Sequence record: SRR20825019_2389
DNA: 51,357 nucleotides
Reading direction: 5' to 3' (one strand)
Shown: positions 8,999-17,914 of the stretch, piece after piece
How the letters are laid out: every line of letters starts with the position of its first letter
Position numbering within the stretch: the first letter of the stretch is position 1
Position numbers and translations under genes: made by a program
Notes under the pieces: model-generated
What the model was told of the DNA's origin: nothing
The model's database searches: none
Seen by the model: only the letters and a program-made list of their open reading frames with translations

Positions 8999-11296
8999 TT
9001 GGCGAAATACGAGCCCGGACAACTGCCCAGCCGCGATGAAATTATGGATTTTATCCGCAACTTTCCGGGCAGCAAGGTCACGAAACGCGACATAGCGCGC
9101 GCCTTCGGCATCAAAGGGCCTGACAAGGTATTCCTCAAGAAGCTCCTGCGTGAATTGACGGAAGAAGGCCTGCTGACCAAAGACACCGGACATGCACTCA
9201 GGGCGTCTGACCGTATGCCAAGTGTTCAGGTTGTCGAGTTCGCCGGTCTTGATGACCATGGCGACCCTCTTCTCAAACCAGTAAATTATGAGGGTGGTGG
9301 CACACCGCCCCGCATTTACCTGAGCCAGAAAAAAGGTAAGCAGGCTGGCCCCGCGATGGGACCTGGCGACAGGGCGCTTGTGCGGCTCACACCAGTAAAA
9401 GACGAGCCACCTGTTTATCGAGCCAATGTACTCAAATTCCTGAAACCGGCGCCAAAAGCGCTAATGGGTGTGTTTCACGGTGGCCCAAATGGCGGACGCC
9501 TGCACCCGGTGGACAAGAAGAACCGTGACGAATACTGGATCGACCGTGACGATGTGATGGGCGCGGTTGAAGGCGAGCTTGTGCTGGCAGAGCCAGTGAA
9601 AAGCAAGCGCCAGTCTGGCCCCAAACGGGTGCGGGTAAAAGAGCGGCTGGGTGACGTAGACAGCGCCAAATCTATTAGCATGATTGCTATCCACAGCCTT
9701 GAAATTCCTTATGAATTCCCAGATGAGGTGATCAAGGAAGCAGAAGCCGCGAAGCCGGTTACGCTTGGCAAACGTGTTGATCTGAGGGACATCCCGCTTA
9801 TCACAATTGACCCCGCTGACGCCCGCGACCATGACGACGCCGTTTGGGCTGAGCCGGACGAAGACCCAAATAATGAGGGCGGCTGGCACGCGATTGTGGC
9901 CATCGCCGATGTTGCGCACTATGTGCCCAACGGCAGCGCGCTCGACCGCGAAGCCCTGAAACGCGGTAACAGCTGTTATTTCCCTGACCGTGTGGTGCCC
10001 ATGCTGCCGGAAGCCTTGTCTGCAGACCTTTGCAGCCTGATGCCGGGTGTAGAACGCGCATGCATGGCCGTACATATCTGGTTCGACAAGAACGGCAAAA
10101 AGCGCAGACATAAATTTGTGCGTGGTTTGATGAAAAGCGCGGGCAACGTGTCCTATGAGCAAACACAGGCAGCGCTGGAGGGCACCTGCGACGATATCAC
10201 CGGCCCACTTTTGGAGCCGGTCCTGAAACCGCTTCACGGTACGTTCAAAGCCATCATGAAGGCGCGTGCAAAACGCCAGCCACTTGAACTGGATATGCCT
10301 GAGCGCCGCATCGAGCTTGATGAGAACGGCCATGTTGCGGGCATCACGATCCGCGACCGATTTGACGCCCACAAGATTGTGGAAGAGCTGATGATTACTG
10401 CGAACGTGTGTGCCGCCGAGGAATTGGAGGCCCACCAGACGCCAACCATGTACCGGGTGCATGAGGAACCGCCGCTCGACAAACTTGAAAGCCTGCGCGA
10501 GTTTCTGGCGACCATGGAACTGAACCTTGCCAAGGGTGCGGTTATGATGCCGAGGTTGTTTAATGGCATCCTCGAGAAGGTGAAAGACACAGCCTTTGAG
10601 ACTTTGGTGAACCAGGTTGTGCTTCGCTCGCAAACTCAGGCCTATTATTCGCCTGACAATATGGGCCACTTTGGCCTCGCCCTGCCCCGATACGCGCATT
10701 TCACGTCACCCATTCGACGGTATGCTGACCTTGTGGTGCACCGCGGGCTTGTGCGGGCGCTTGGTTTCGGCAAGGACGGCATGACGGACGAGCAGCGCGA
10801 CAAGCTGCCCTCGATTGGTGAGCAGATATCGAGCACAGAGCGTCGCGCCATGGCGGCAGAGCGGGAATCTACAGACCGGTATCTTGCCAATTACCTCGCT
10901 GACCATGTGGGCGACGAGTTTTTCGGCCGCGTTACAGGGGTCACACGCTTTGGGCTGTTTGTCAGCATTGAGCCATCTGGCGGTGACGGGCTGATCCCGA
11001 TCTCTGAAATCGGGCTCGACTATTACAGCCACGACGAAACACACCACCGGCTTGTTGGTGAACGCTCGGGCGAAGAGTTTAAGCTGGGGGACCGTCTGAA
11101 GGTCAGGCTCACGGAAGCAAACCGTTTCACCGGCGGCCTCAAGCTTGAGTTGGTACGCACGGAAGAAGAGATGGCCGCGATGCGCAAGAACCAGCACAAA
11201 AAGCTGGGTGCGCGCCATAATCGCTCAGGCGGCAGGCCAGTACGCGGCAGCCGCAACAAAGATGGCAAGCCAAAGGGTAAAGCTAGAGGCCGATAA
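8999..11296 (+). CDS. rnr: Ribonuclease R
   Basis: RNB domain TIDPADARDHDDA, HFTSPIRRYADLVVHR, C-terminal S1 domain and basic tail; TTG start after AAGGA. Confidence 0.96.
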   Translation: MAKYEPGQLPSRDEIMDFIRNFPGSKVTKRDIARAFGIKGPDKVFLKKLLRELTEEGLLTKDTGHALRASDRMPSVQVVEFAGLDDHGDPLLKPVNYEGGGTPPRIYLSQKKGKQAGPAMGPGDRALVRLTPVKDEPPVYRANVLKFLKPAPKALMGVFHGGPNGGRLHPVDKKNRDEYWIDRDDVMGAVEGELVLAEPVKSKRQSGPKRVRVKERLGDVDSAKSISMIAIHSLEIPYEFPDEVIKEAEAAKPVTLGKRVDLRDIPLITIDPADARDHDDAVWAEPDEDPNNEGGWHAIVAIADVAHYVPNGSALDREALKRGNSCYFPDRVVPMLPEALSADLCSLMPGVERACMAVHIWFDKNGKKRRHKFVRGLMKSAGNVSYEQTQAALEGTCDDITGPLLEPVLKPLHGTFKAIMKARAKRQPLELDMPERRIELDENGHVAGITIRDRFDAHKIVEELMITANVCAAEELEAHQTPTMYRVHEEPPLDKLESLREFLATMELNLAKGAVMMPRLFNGILEKVKDTAFETLVNQVVLRSQTQAYYSPDNMGHFGLALPRYAHFTSPIRRYADLVVHRGLVRALGFGKDGMTDEQRDKLPSIGEQISSTERRAMAAERESTDRYLANYLADHVGDEFFGRVTGVTRFGLFVSIEPSGGDGLIPISEIGLDYYSHDETHHRLVGERSGEEFKLGDRLKVRLTEANRFTGGLKLELVRTEEEMAAMRKNQHKKLGARHNRSGGRPVRGSRNKDGKPKGKARGR

Positions 11297-11933
11297 ACGG
11301 CTGGAACATGCGCCCAACCACGCTATGCAGGCGGATAGGGGCATCGGTGACCACAAGGCAGATGCAGTCCTCGCCCTCATCAATGATCGGGCTGTGGTTT
11401 TTAAGTTCAGGACCAGCCAGTTCCATCAAGCCCGGTGTATACTGCTCGCCCTCCACGCTATAGCTGCCCCTTAGCACAAGGGTAAACTCGGTGCCGCGAT
11501 GGTCATGAAGCGGCATTTCTGTGCCGCCACGGGCGCGCAGAAGCCAAAGGCATTCGCCTGATGTATATTTCTTCAGCCGCACTTTTTTCATGCCCGGCCC
11601 CATGAACTGCCATTTCAGTTCATCAAGCTCCTTGCCCAGATAGTCCCTGAGCGGAGCCGGCAATGCGCTTTCAAAAGGCGCAGGCGGCGGGGAAGCAATA
11701 TCTTCATCCACCTCAATACGCTGAAGGATATCCTCAAGCGCGCCCGCATGCATTTTTATCGGCTCGGCTTCATCCAGCAGCCCACCACCGATTGCCTCCG
11801 CGTCAGCCACTTTCTCCTGCAGTTCAGGGTGGAAAGCGACGTGGGTTGCAACTACAAGGGATTTTGCCTCGCTGAGCGCACCAGCCGCGTAGGAAACCAT
11901 CCATTCATCATTCAGCAGACCATGTTTTGTCAT
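11283..11933 (-). CDS. chrR: ChrR-family anti-sigma-E factor (anti-sigma domain plus cupin)
   Basis: SYAAGALSEAKSLVVATH N-terminal domain; cupin PLHDHRGTEFTLVLRGSY...HSP...CICL. Coupled to the upstream ECF sigma gene. Confidence 0.93.
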   Translation of the reverse strand: MTKHGLLNDEWMVSYAAGALSEAKSLVVATHVAFHPELQEKVADAEAIGGGLLDEAEPIKMHAGALEDILQRIEVDEDIASPPPAPFESALPAPLRDYLGKELDELKWQFMGPGMKKVRLKKYTSGECLWLLRARGGTEMPLHDHRGTEFTLVLRGSYSVEGEQYTPGLMELAGPELKNHSPIIDEGEDCICLVVTDAPIRLHSVVGRMFQPFIGL

Positions 11934-12634
11934 GCCAGTTCTCTCAACTCGCTACGCAGTGCCTCAAAGGCAATTCTTATTCTCGATTTCACGGTACCAA
12001 GCGGTAAAGCCAGCTTTTCCGCGATCTGGGAGTGGGATAACTCCCGGTAAAATGAAAGCTCGATCACCTCACGCTGTGGCGGTTTGAGCTTTGCAAGCGC
12101 GTGGGACACCAGTTTTTTGTGCTGACCCTCAACGGCTGCACTATCAGATTTTTCCGGCGCTATGAGGCTATCCAGATGCCCTGAGACATCAACCTCCGTG
12201 TATTTTTGGCGGCGCGTATGATCGATAAACTTGTTGCGCGCGACACGGAAAAGCCAGGTGGAAAGCCGTGCTTTCTCTGGGTCGAACTGAGCCGCTTTGC
12301 GCCAAAGCGTTACCATCACTTCCTGCGCCAACTCTTCCGCTTTTTCACCATCAAGCCCAAGGGTCATGAGGTGTGATTTCACACGCGGTGCGAAATAGGA
12401 AAACAGCTGAGCAAAAGCAGACTTATCCCGAAGGTCGGCCACTCTTTTGGCCAACTCCTCGTGAGATACAGCCTGCTTTTTGCGTGCAGAAAAAATATTG
12501 ATAACCCCGGCTTGAGCATTGCTCCCAAGCTTGACATCAGCATTTGAGATGATTGGTGTCAAGCGCCGCGAGCCTTGATCCTCACGCAGCGCCTGCACCG
12601 TCCGGGGGTCGACCGTATATTTCTCTGCTCTCAT
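11930..12634 (-). CDS. rpoE: ECF sigma factor, RpoE/ECF11 type
   Basis: Region 2 AEELAQEVMVTLWRKA...STWLFRVARNKFID and region 4 SHSQIAEKLALPLGTVKSRIR; ATGA overlap with chrR. Start placed at 12634, just downstream of the sigmaE-type promoter; exact start uncertain. Confidence 0.88.
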   Translation of the reverse strand: MRAEKYTVDPRTVQALREDQGSRRLTPIISNADVKLGSNAQAGVINIFSARKKQAVSHEELAKRVADLRDKSAFAQLFSYFAPRVKSHLMTLGLDGEKAEELAQEVMVTLWRKAAQFDPEKARLSTWLFRVARNKFIDHTRRQKYTEVDVSGHLDSLIAPEKSDSAAVEGQHKKLVSHALAKLKPPQREVIELSFYRELSHSQIAEKLALPLGTVKSRIRIAFEALRSELRELA

Positions 12635-12642
12635 GACTGTTC

Positions 12643-12668
12643 TACGCGCAACTGGACGCGTTAGATCA
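12643..12668 (-). promoter_or_regulatory. SigmaE (ECF11)-type autoregulatory promoter
   Basis: Minus strand reads TGATCT-N16-CGTA-N8-ATG, close to the TGATCC...CGTA consensus of RpoE-ChrR regulons. Confidence 0.7.
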
Positions 12669-12699
12669 AAGCCAGAGGACAAAATCATCAAGGACGACC

Positions 12700-12726
12700 A
12701 AAAGAAAAGGCAGCCCGGAGCTGCCT
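12700..12726 (-). terminator. Intrinsic terminator of the lpoB-like operon
   Basis: AGGCAGC-CCGGA-GCTGCCT stem followed on the minus strand by TTTCTTTT. Confidence 0.7.
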
Positions 12727-12754
12727 CTTTGCCTTTTCGGTTTTTTGCCCGTGT

Positions 12755-13678
12755 CTATTCGGCCATCATGCGCCAGTATCCGGTGAGCTCTTCCATGGTA
12801 CGAACGGCCAGCGTTTCACCAACGGCTTGCTCGCTATAGCCCTCCTGCTCCACATATTCCTGGAAGCCACGGTCGGTCGCTTCATAGCGCTTCACCTCAC
12901 GGGTTGGTGGCATTGCTTCCGTATACAGGCTGGTGATGGTTTCACCGGTTTCCACCTGCACTACATTGACCTGGAACGCGAGACCGCTCTGGCTCTCATA
13001 GCTTGGGGCAAGCAATATCTCGACCATATAGTCGGCTTTGCCGAGCATGGCGTTGATCTCAAGCCCGTGGGTATTCACCTGCTCGTTTGACTTGGCATCC
13101 TTGCCCTGCACGCGCGTGATCATGTCACGGTCAATAAGCCGTGCGCCGCCTTTGATCATGGTGTTCTTGAAACTGCCCTGCACCTTCCAGTTCAGGATTT
13201 CTTCAAGGTTTTTGCGGGCCTGATCCTTGTTCAGGCGCACCGTGCCGCTGTATTCATAGGCCTGCGCATCAACACTTCCCGGCCGCGTGCTTGTGGTGGT
13301 GCGTGTATCTCGGGTGCCGTGCAACTGTCCGTTGGCATGGGTGTGCATATTGGTGCTGGTAGTGGTGTTGCGCGTAATTGTTGGTGTTTTCACCTCAAGC
13401 GCACGCGCCTGATAGTCGATATAATAGGTCACCACTTCGTCGGAAAAATCACGGTTCCAGAAAACAACAAACCTTGGCCGCTTAACCCGCTTGTTCTCTT
13501 CCCGAAACGCATTGATCGACGGTGTCTGGTCTGCCAAGGGTGGCGGAGGGCGCCGCTGAAGCGTTGTTGGCACGCCCTCGCGCATTTCCTGCGCGATAGC
13601 AACCTGATCAAGCGACGCAGCGCCCACCAAGGTCATTGCAACGAGGCTGACGGTGCTCAAGGTACGTTTCATGATCAT
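12755..13678 (-). CDS. Secreted hypothetical protein, probable CsgG/TolB-N/FlgO-like fold
   Basis: Sec signal (AIA-QE); RPRFVVF...GGARLIDRDMI...ADYMVEI...VNVVQVETGE pattern; ATGA coupling to the upstream gene. Confidence 0.7.
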   Translation of the reverse strand: MIMKRTLSTVSLVAMTLVGAASLDQVAIAQEMREGVPTTLQRRPPPPLADQTPSINAFREENKRVKRPRFVVFWNRDFSDEVVTYYIDYQARALEVKTPTITRNTTTSTNMHTHANGQLHGTRDTRTTTSTRPGSVDAQAYEYSGTVRLNKDQARKNLEEILNWKVQGSFKNTMIKGGARLIDRDMITRVQGKDAKSNEQVNTHGLEINAMLGKADYMVEILLAPSYESQSGLAFQVNVVQVETGETITSLYTEAMPPTREVKRYEATDRGFQEYVEQEGYSEQAVGETLAVRTMEELTGYWRMMAE

Positions 13679-14157
13679 TCCCCCTCATCAACTTCGATCA
13701 GGTAATAGCCAATATCCATGGAGATGGACATTTCGCGGTAAACGCTGGTCGAGCGCGGCTGCAGGAAAACACGCTGCCACGCGGTTTCAGGCTCCGCCGG
13801 GAACTGATCAACATCCATAAAGGATGTGCGCACCAGAACTTCCTGCGGGTAATCAGTGCAATTGATCAGCCGCGCCATCACCTCAAGTGTGCCCGTATCA
13901 GTACGGCGGGCAAAAACACCTTGTGGCAAGATTTTCTTGGCAATATTTTTGTCAATAATCTGCACAGAGTTGAGTGCAATGGGTGTCATTGCGCCGCGCA
14001 CACCAGAAACGATAGCCGGGCCCGAAGGGCCCAGCTTTTTGAACGCGCGGAAGTCACATTTCACAACATTCTGCGCTGACGCAGCTTGCGCCAGCAAGAG
14101 GGCTGCAGCCGCCCCCACAACAGTTTTTACTGCAAAACGGCCAAACCGAGTTTTCAT
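13675..14157 (-). CDS. YcfL/DUF1425-like periplasmic protein
   Basis: Signal peptide (ASA-QN); RRTDTGTLEVMARLINCTDYPQEVLVRTSFMD...WQRVFLQP...YYLIEV pattern; TAATG coupling. Confidence 0.7.
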   Translation of the reverse strand: MKTRFGRFAVKTVVGAAAALLLAQAASAQNVVKCDFRAFKKLGPSGPAIVSGVRGAMTPIALNSVQIIDKNIAKKILPQGVFARRTDTGTLEVMARLINCTDYPQEVLVRTSFMDVDQFPAEPETAWQRVFLQPRSTSVYREMSISMDIGYYLIEVDEGE

Positions 14158-15794
14158 TACTCTGCTCCTTCAGAAGTGCCCGCTGGAATGCCAGGTGTTT
14201 CATCGGCAAGCCATGTCCGGAACGCCACGTTCATACGTTGTACGTCTTTGTCCTGCTTCCGCATTTGTTTCCAGTCGAGCCGCGCACCAGGACTCGATTC
14301 CGCAATCATCGTCGCTGGGCGAGACCGGGTCCACACAACGGCGCATTCGTCACCACCCGCCACAAGGGCTGCATCCTGCATTGGCGGCACTTCACCGCCT
14401 TCACCGATAAATTCAGCAGCGTAATGCAAGCCACCAACGTTATCGATGCTTTCGGTTGCCACCGTGACATAGCGCGGCAGGTTATCCCACTGGCGGGTAT
14501 CTGCCTCTGGTTTTGCTGCTTCAGACGCGGCACCAAACAGCCCCCCGATGAGGGCAATGCCTGCACCCACAAGGGCAGCATCACCATCACCACCATAAAG
14601 CCCTGCCATGGCAGTCACTGTGCCTGCTGTTGTCATCACATTGCCAACAGCGGCTGTGGTTTCCTTGAACTGTGCCTTGCCTTCGAGAATACCGTCCACC
14701 GGACGGCCACCACGTGTTGAGGCCTGCCAGTAGATGTCTTCCATCACATAGGCCGCTGGCTCGTAACGCACGTTACCGTCACCATCCAGCACAAGCGGAC
14801 GGGCGCCACTTTCAACAAACCTGTCGTCTGTGCGGAACTTGAGGATTTCCTTGTATTCACCATCCCCATACTTCACAGGACCAGTGCCAAGCTCGGTCAG
14901 GAACAGCACGTTATGACCTGGCGCAGGTGGTGTCAGGTCATTGCGGAACGCTGCGGCTTTAGCAAACGAATCGTCACCACTACGCCCCTGGCACTGCAGC
15001 GACCAGCCATCGAGATAGTTCATCAGCGCGAAATCAGCCTGAAAATCTTCGGCTTCGGATACCGTGTCCTGATATTCGCCTGAGCGGAACATGGCACGGG
15101 CATTCTCGTAATCGCCTTCGGCCAGATACACAATCCCGCGATAATAATAGGCCATGGCACGCTCATAAGGCTCGCCTTTATAGTCCTTCACCGATTCCGA
15201 CTGGAATTTGGATTTCGCCGCTTTTGCCTGTTCGTTGTCAGCGTAAATTGCCTCGATCTTATCGAGGGAACGGTCGAACGCCCATTCCGCATGGTCAAGA
15301 TAACCAAGCTCAAGTGCCGCAACACCAAGGCGGTTGAAGTTCAGCACCGCGTTGCGCTCACCTTCGATATAAAGGCTGCGATAGTAGGGCTGGAGCGGCT
15401 CTGGCCGGTCTGAGACATACAGGCGGGTTTCAGCCGGATATGGCCCCATGCCGTATTCTTTGGCCAACGACTTTTCGAGCTTCTTGATCTCTTTATCGTA
15501 GGATTTACTGGCTTTTTTATTCGCCTTCTGGACAGCTTTCAGCTCTTTTTTGACGGCTTTATAGTCGTCTTTAAGAGCCTTCTTTTCTTCTTTGCTCAGG
15601 TCTTTGTTTTTGAGGGCAGCCTTCAGCTCGGCATAACGTCCTTCTAAAAACTGTTCCTGGGAAATTGCTTCTGCTGAAATCGGTGGTGAAGCGCGCAGTT
15701 CCATAAGGCGCTCGCTATCATCAGCATAGGCAGGGTGAAAAAACAACACACTCGCAACAGCAACGGCCGAAATTCGGCAAGCAGACGTAGTCAT
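14157..15794 (-). CDS. Secreted TPR-containing COG3014-like protein
   Basis: Signal peptide (AYA-DD); YKGEPYERAMAYYYRGIVYLAEGDYENARAMFR and ADTRQWDNLP signatures; Gly/Ala-rich hydrophobic hairpin. Confidence 0.72.
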   Translation of the reverse strand: MTTSACRISAVAVASVLFFHPAYADDSERLMELRASPPISAEAISQEQFLEGRYAELKAALKNKDLSKEEKKALKDDYKAVKKELKAVQKANKKASKSYDKEIKKLEKSLAKEYGMGPYPAETRLYVSDRPEPLQPYYRSLYIEGERNAVLNFNRLGVAALELGYLDHAEWAFDRSLDKIEAIYADNEQAKAAKSKFQSESVKDYKGEPYERAMAYYYRGIVYLAEGDYENARAMFRSGEYQDTVSEAEDFQADFALMNYLDGWSLQCQGRSGDDSFAKAAAFRNDLTPPAPGHNVLFLTELGTGPVKYGDGEYKEILKFRTDDRFVESGARPLVLDGDGNVRYEPAAYVMEDIYWQASTRGGRPVDGILEGKAQFKETTAAVGNVMTTAGTVTAMAGLYGGDGDAALVGAGIALIGGLFGAASEAAKPEADTRQWDNLPRYVTVATESIDNVGGLHYAAEFIGEGGEVPPMQDAALVAGGDECAVVWTRSRPATMIAESSPGARLDWKQMRKQDKDVQRMNVAFRTWLADETPGIPAGTSEGAE

Positions 15795-15870
15795 CGCTCG
15801 TCTCCTCTAGCGATATATATTTTCAAAGATGTATGGAGTGCGGCGTCTCTGGCCGCCGCACAGCAATGTT

Positions 15871-16524
15871 TTAGCGGTAAACCACGTCATCCGCGGCTGC
15901 CTTGGACAGCTCGTACATGCCGCTCCAGACGATAATCCCGCGCTCAAGATCAACCATTTCAAAGGTGATCTGGGTATAGCGTTGCATCATGCCAGTACGG
16001 GCATCGCGGCTGTCGGCAGACGCAATCGTGCCGCCAAGGCGGTAATCACCACCAGCTTGCGACGCGGTCATGCCTGTTGTGCCGGTGTCAACAACACCAT
16101 CACGTTTCAGGTTACGTTCCTGCTGCACCATGTTCGCATAGTTACGGCCCACAAAAATCATACGGCCTTGCGAAGCACGGTTCAGGTTCACCCGCAACCG
16201 GTTGGTAATCAGGTCTTTGTTGATCCGCTGTGTGCTGTCGTTCATGAAGAACTCGCTATCCACGATAACCTGTGGCGGATTGGCAGCGTTTGCCAGCATC
16301 GGATTAGCCAACATGTCCCGCATCATACGGTCTGTCATAGACTGGATATCATTGGATTCGATACCCACGCCCGCAACGGCACCCTGACGTCCCGGATCTT
16401 GGGAAATAGTGGAAACCCCCGCAGAATTATCTACAGATGGCCCACAAGCAGACAAAAGGCCTGCCGCCACGCCAACAACCGCAAACTTGCTAAGACGTGA
16501 CTTGGTTACACTTTGCTTAGTCAT
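15871..16524 (-). CDS. LpoB-family (CsgG-like fold) lipoprotein
   Basis: Lipobox LSAC; GIESNDIQSMTDRMMRDML, GGDYRLGGTI and ITFEMVDLERGIIVWSG motifs; GGGGAG RBS before ATG 16524. Confidence 0.8.
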   Translation of the reverse strand: MTKQSVTKSRLSKFAVVGVAAGLLSACGPSVDNSAGVSTISQDPGRQGAVAGVGIESNDIQSMTDRMMRDMLANPMLANAANPPQVIVDSEFFMNDSTQRINKDLITNRLRVNLNRASQGRMIFVGRNYANMVQQERNLKRDGVVDTGTTGMTASQAGGDYRLGGTIASADSRDARTGMMQRYTQITFEMVDLERGIIVWSGMYELSKAAADDVVYR

Positions 16525-16908
16525 AAACTCCCCCATCAAAAGTATGAAATGACTGAAAAACGCTAATGAGATTCATCATTTAATTCAAGTCATCAAAAAT
16601 TTAGGTTCCATTTTCATCGCCCGACGGCGACAAATGTCCAACAAATTCAACTAAAACCATACTTTTTTACCTGCCCAACATGCATCACTGCCTAATATTT
16701 GTGCATTAACCATATGTGATTTCTTTCAAAAATCAGCGCCGTCACCTCTCAGACCAGTTCCAGCCCTGCAACAGATTCGAGTCTCCACACTCAACAACAC
16801 GGTTGCATTACAAATTGCCCCGCCGCCTTCCCGTTGCTAACAATATGTTGTTCGGGCCACCGCCCCACGAGCAAGTCGTTAGGCAGTAAAACCATGGGAG
16901 ACACGGTA

Positions 16909-17349
16909 ATGACACTGCATAATCTTCTCTTGTTACCTCGCCTTCAGCCGCTTTCGGACTTAAGTGTCCTCATCGCACGGCTTGTGGTGGGAGCTTTTCT
17001 GGTTTGGGGTGTGCTTGACAATATACTGAGCGCTGAGCGCATGGCAGAATTTGTAAGCTTCCTGGCAGCCTATAAATTCCCACTACCTGAGGTAATGGCA
17101 CGGCTATCCGTATGGGTCCAATTTCTGATCGGGGTCTCTTTCATTCTTGGCCTCGGCACGCGCCTCGCGGGCCTGCTTTGTGTGATGAACTTCATTGTCG
17201 CCATCGCGATGGTTGATATGCACGGCGGCATCCGCGCGAGTTTCCCGTCAGCTTGTCTCATACTGTTTGGGTTTTATTTCGCCACAAGTGGTGCTGGCCG
17301 CTTGGCTCTGGATCATATGCTCGCCCGTCAGGAAGAGCCTCATGATTGA
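16909..17349 (+). CDS. DoxX-family membrane protein
   Basis: Four hydrophobic segments; ARLVVGAFL, LGLGTRLAG and GAGRLALD motifs; GGGAG RBS. Confidence 0.85.
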   Translation: MTLHNLLLLPRLQPLSDLSVLIARLVVGAFLVWGVLDNILSAERMAEFVSFLAAYKFPLPEVMARLSVWVQFLIGVSFILGLGTRLAGLLCVMNFIVAIAMVDMHGGIRASFPSACLILFGFYFATSGAGRLALDHMLARQEEPHD

Positions 17350-17899
17350 AACACTGGGGCGACATAAATTCGCAACCAATATCGGCACTTGTGAAATTGA
17401 ATGGACGGAAGCAGGCATTTCACGCTTCCGCCTGCCAGATGCGAGCCGCGCGACTGGTGCCCTGAAGATCGGCGCGACCGACCCCAATGACCTGCCGTTA
17501 TATATTGCCGAAGCCCTGACCCTCACACGGGCTTCGCTGAATGGTGCCCGCACCGACCTGTCCAAGCTCAAGCTCGACCTCAGCTACGCACCCGCGTTTA
17601 ACCGGCGTGTGTATGACCTTGTGCTGACGATCCCATTTGGCCAAACTATGACCTACGGAGAAGTGGCACGCGAGGTCGGCGCACCCGGCGGCGCTCAGGC
17701 CGTCGGTCGCGCCATGGCAGACAATAAAATCCCACTTATCGTGCCCTGCCACAGGGTGCTGGCCGCTGACGGCAAAATGCATGGTTTCTCAGCGCCCGGC
17801 GGTGTGGCCTCGAAACGCAAGCTTCTGGAAATTGAAGGCGCGATTGAGCCGGAACCACCGACCCTTTTTGACTTCATTGATGGACCAACCACCCGGTAA
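17342..17899 (+). CDS. ogt: Methylated-DNA--protein-cysteine S-methyltransferase
   Basis: IPFGQTMTYGEVA, AQAVGRAM and the active-site VPCHRV. Confidence 0.93.
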   Translation: MIETLGRHKFATNIGTCEIEWTEAGISRFRLPDASRATGALKIGATDPNDLPLYIAEALTLTRASLNGARTDLSKLKLDLSYAPAFNRRVYDLVLTIPFGQTMTYGEVAREVGAPGGAQAVGRAMADNKIPLIVPCHRVLAADGKMHGFSAPGGVASKRKLLEIEGAIEPEPPTLFDFIDGPTTR

Positions 17900-17914
17900 G
17901 CCTGCACCGCGTCT

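Noticed and set aside
9461-10699. 412-aa minus-strand ORF
   Set aside because: Lies wholly antisense to rnr and has no recognisable motifs; expected from codon bias in GC-rich genes.
12576-12602. TGATCC...CGTC on the + strand as an antisense sigmaE promoter
   Set aside because: Spacing of 17 nt and an imperfect -10 inside coding sequence; likely chance.
12635-12691. Upstream start of rpoE at 12691
   Set aside because: It would overlap the sigmaE-type promoter elements.
15871-16524. Assigning the gene symbol lpoB as a PBP1b activator
   Set aside because: Family resemblance only; it lacks the long linker, the PBP partner is not visible, and the context differs from enterobacterial hinT-ycfL-lpoB-thiK-nagZ.
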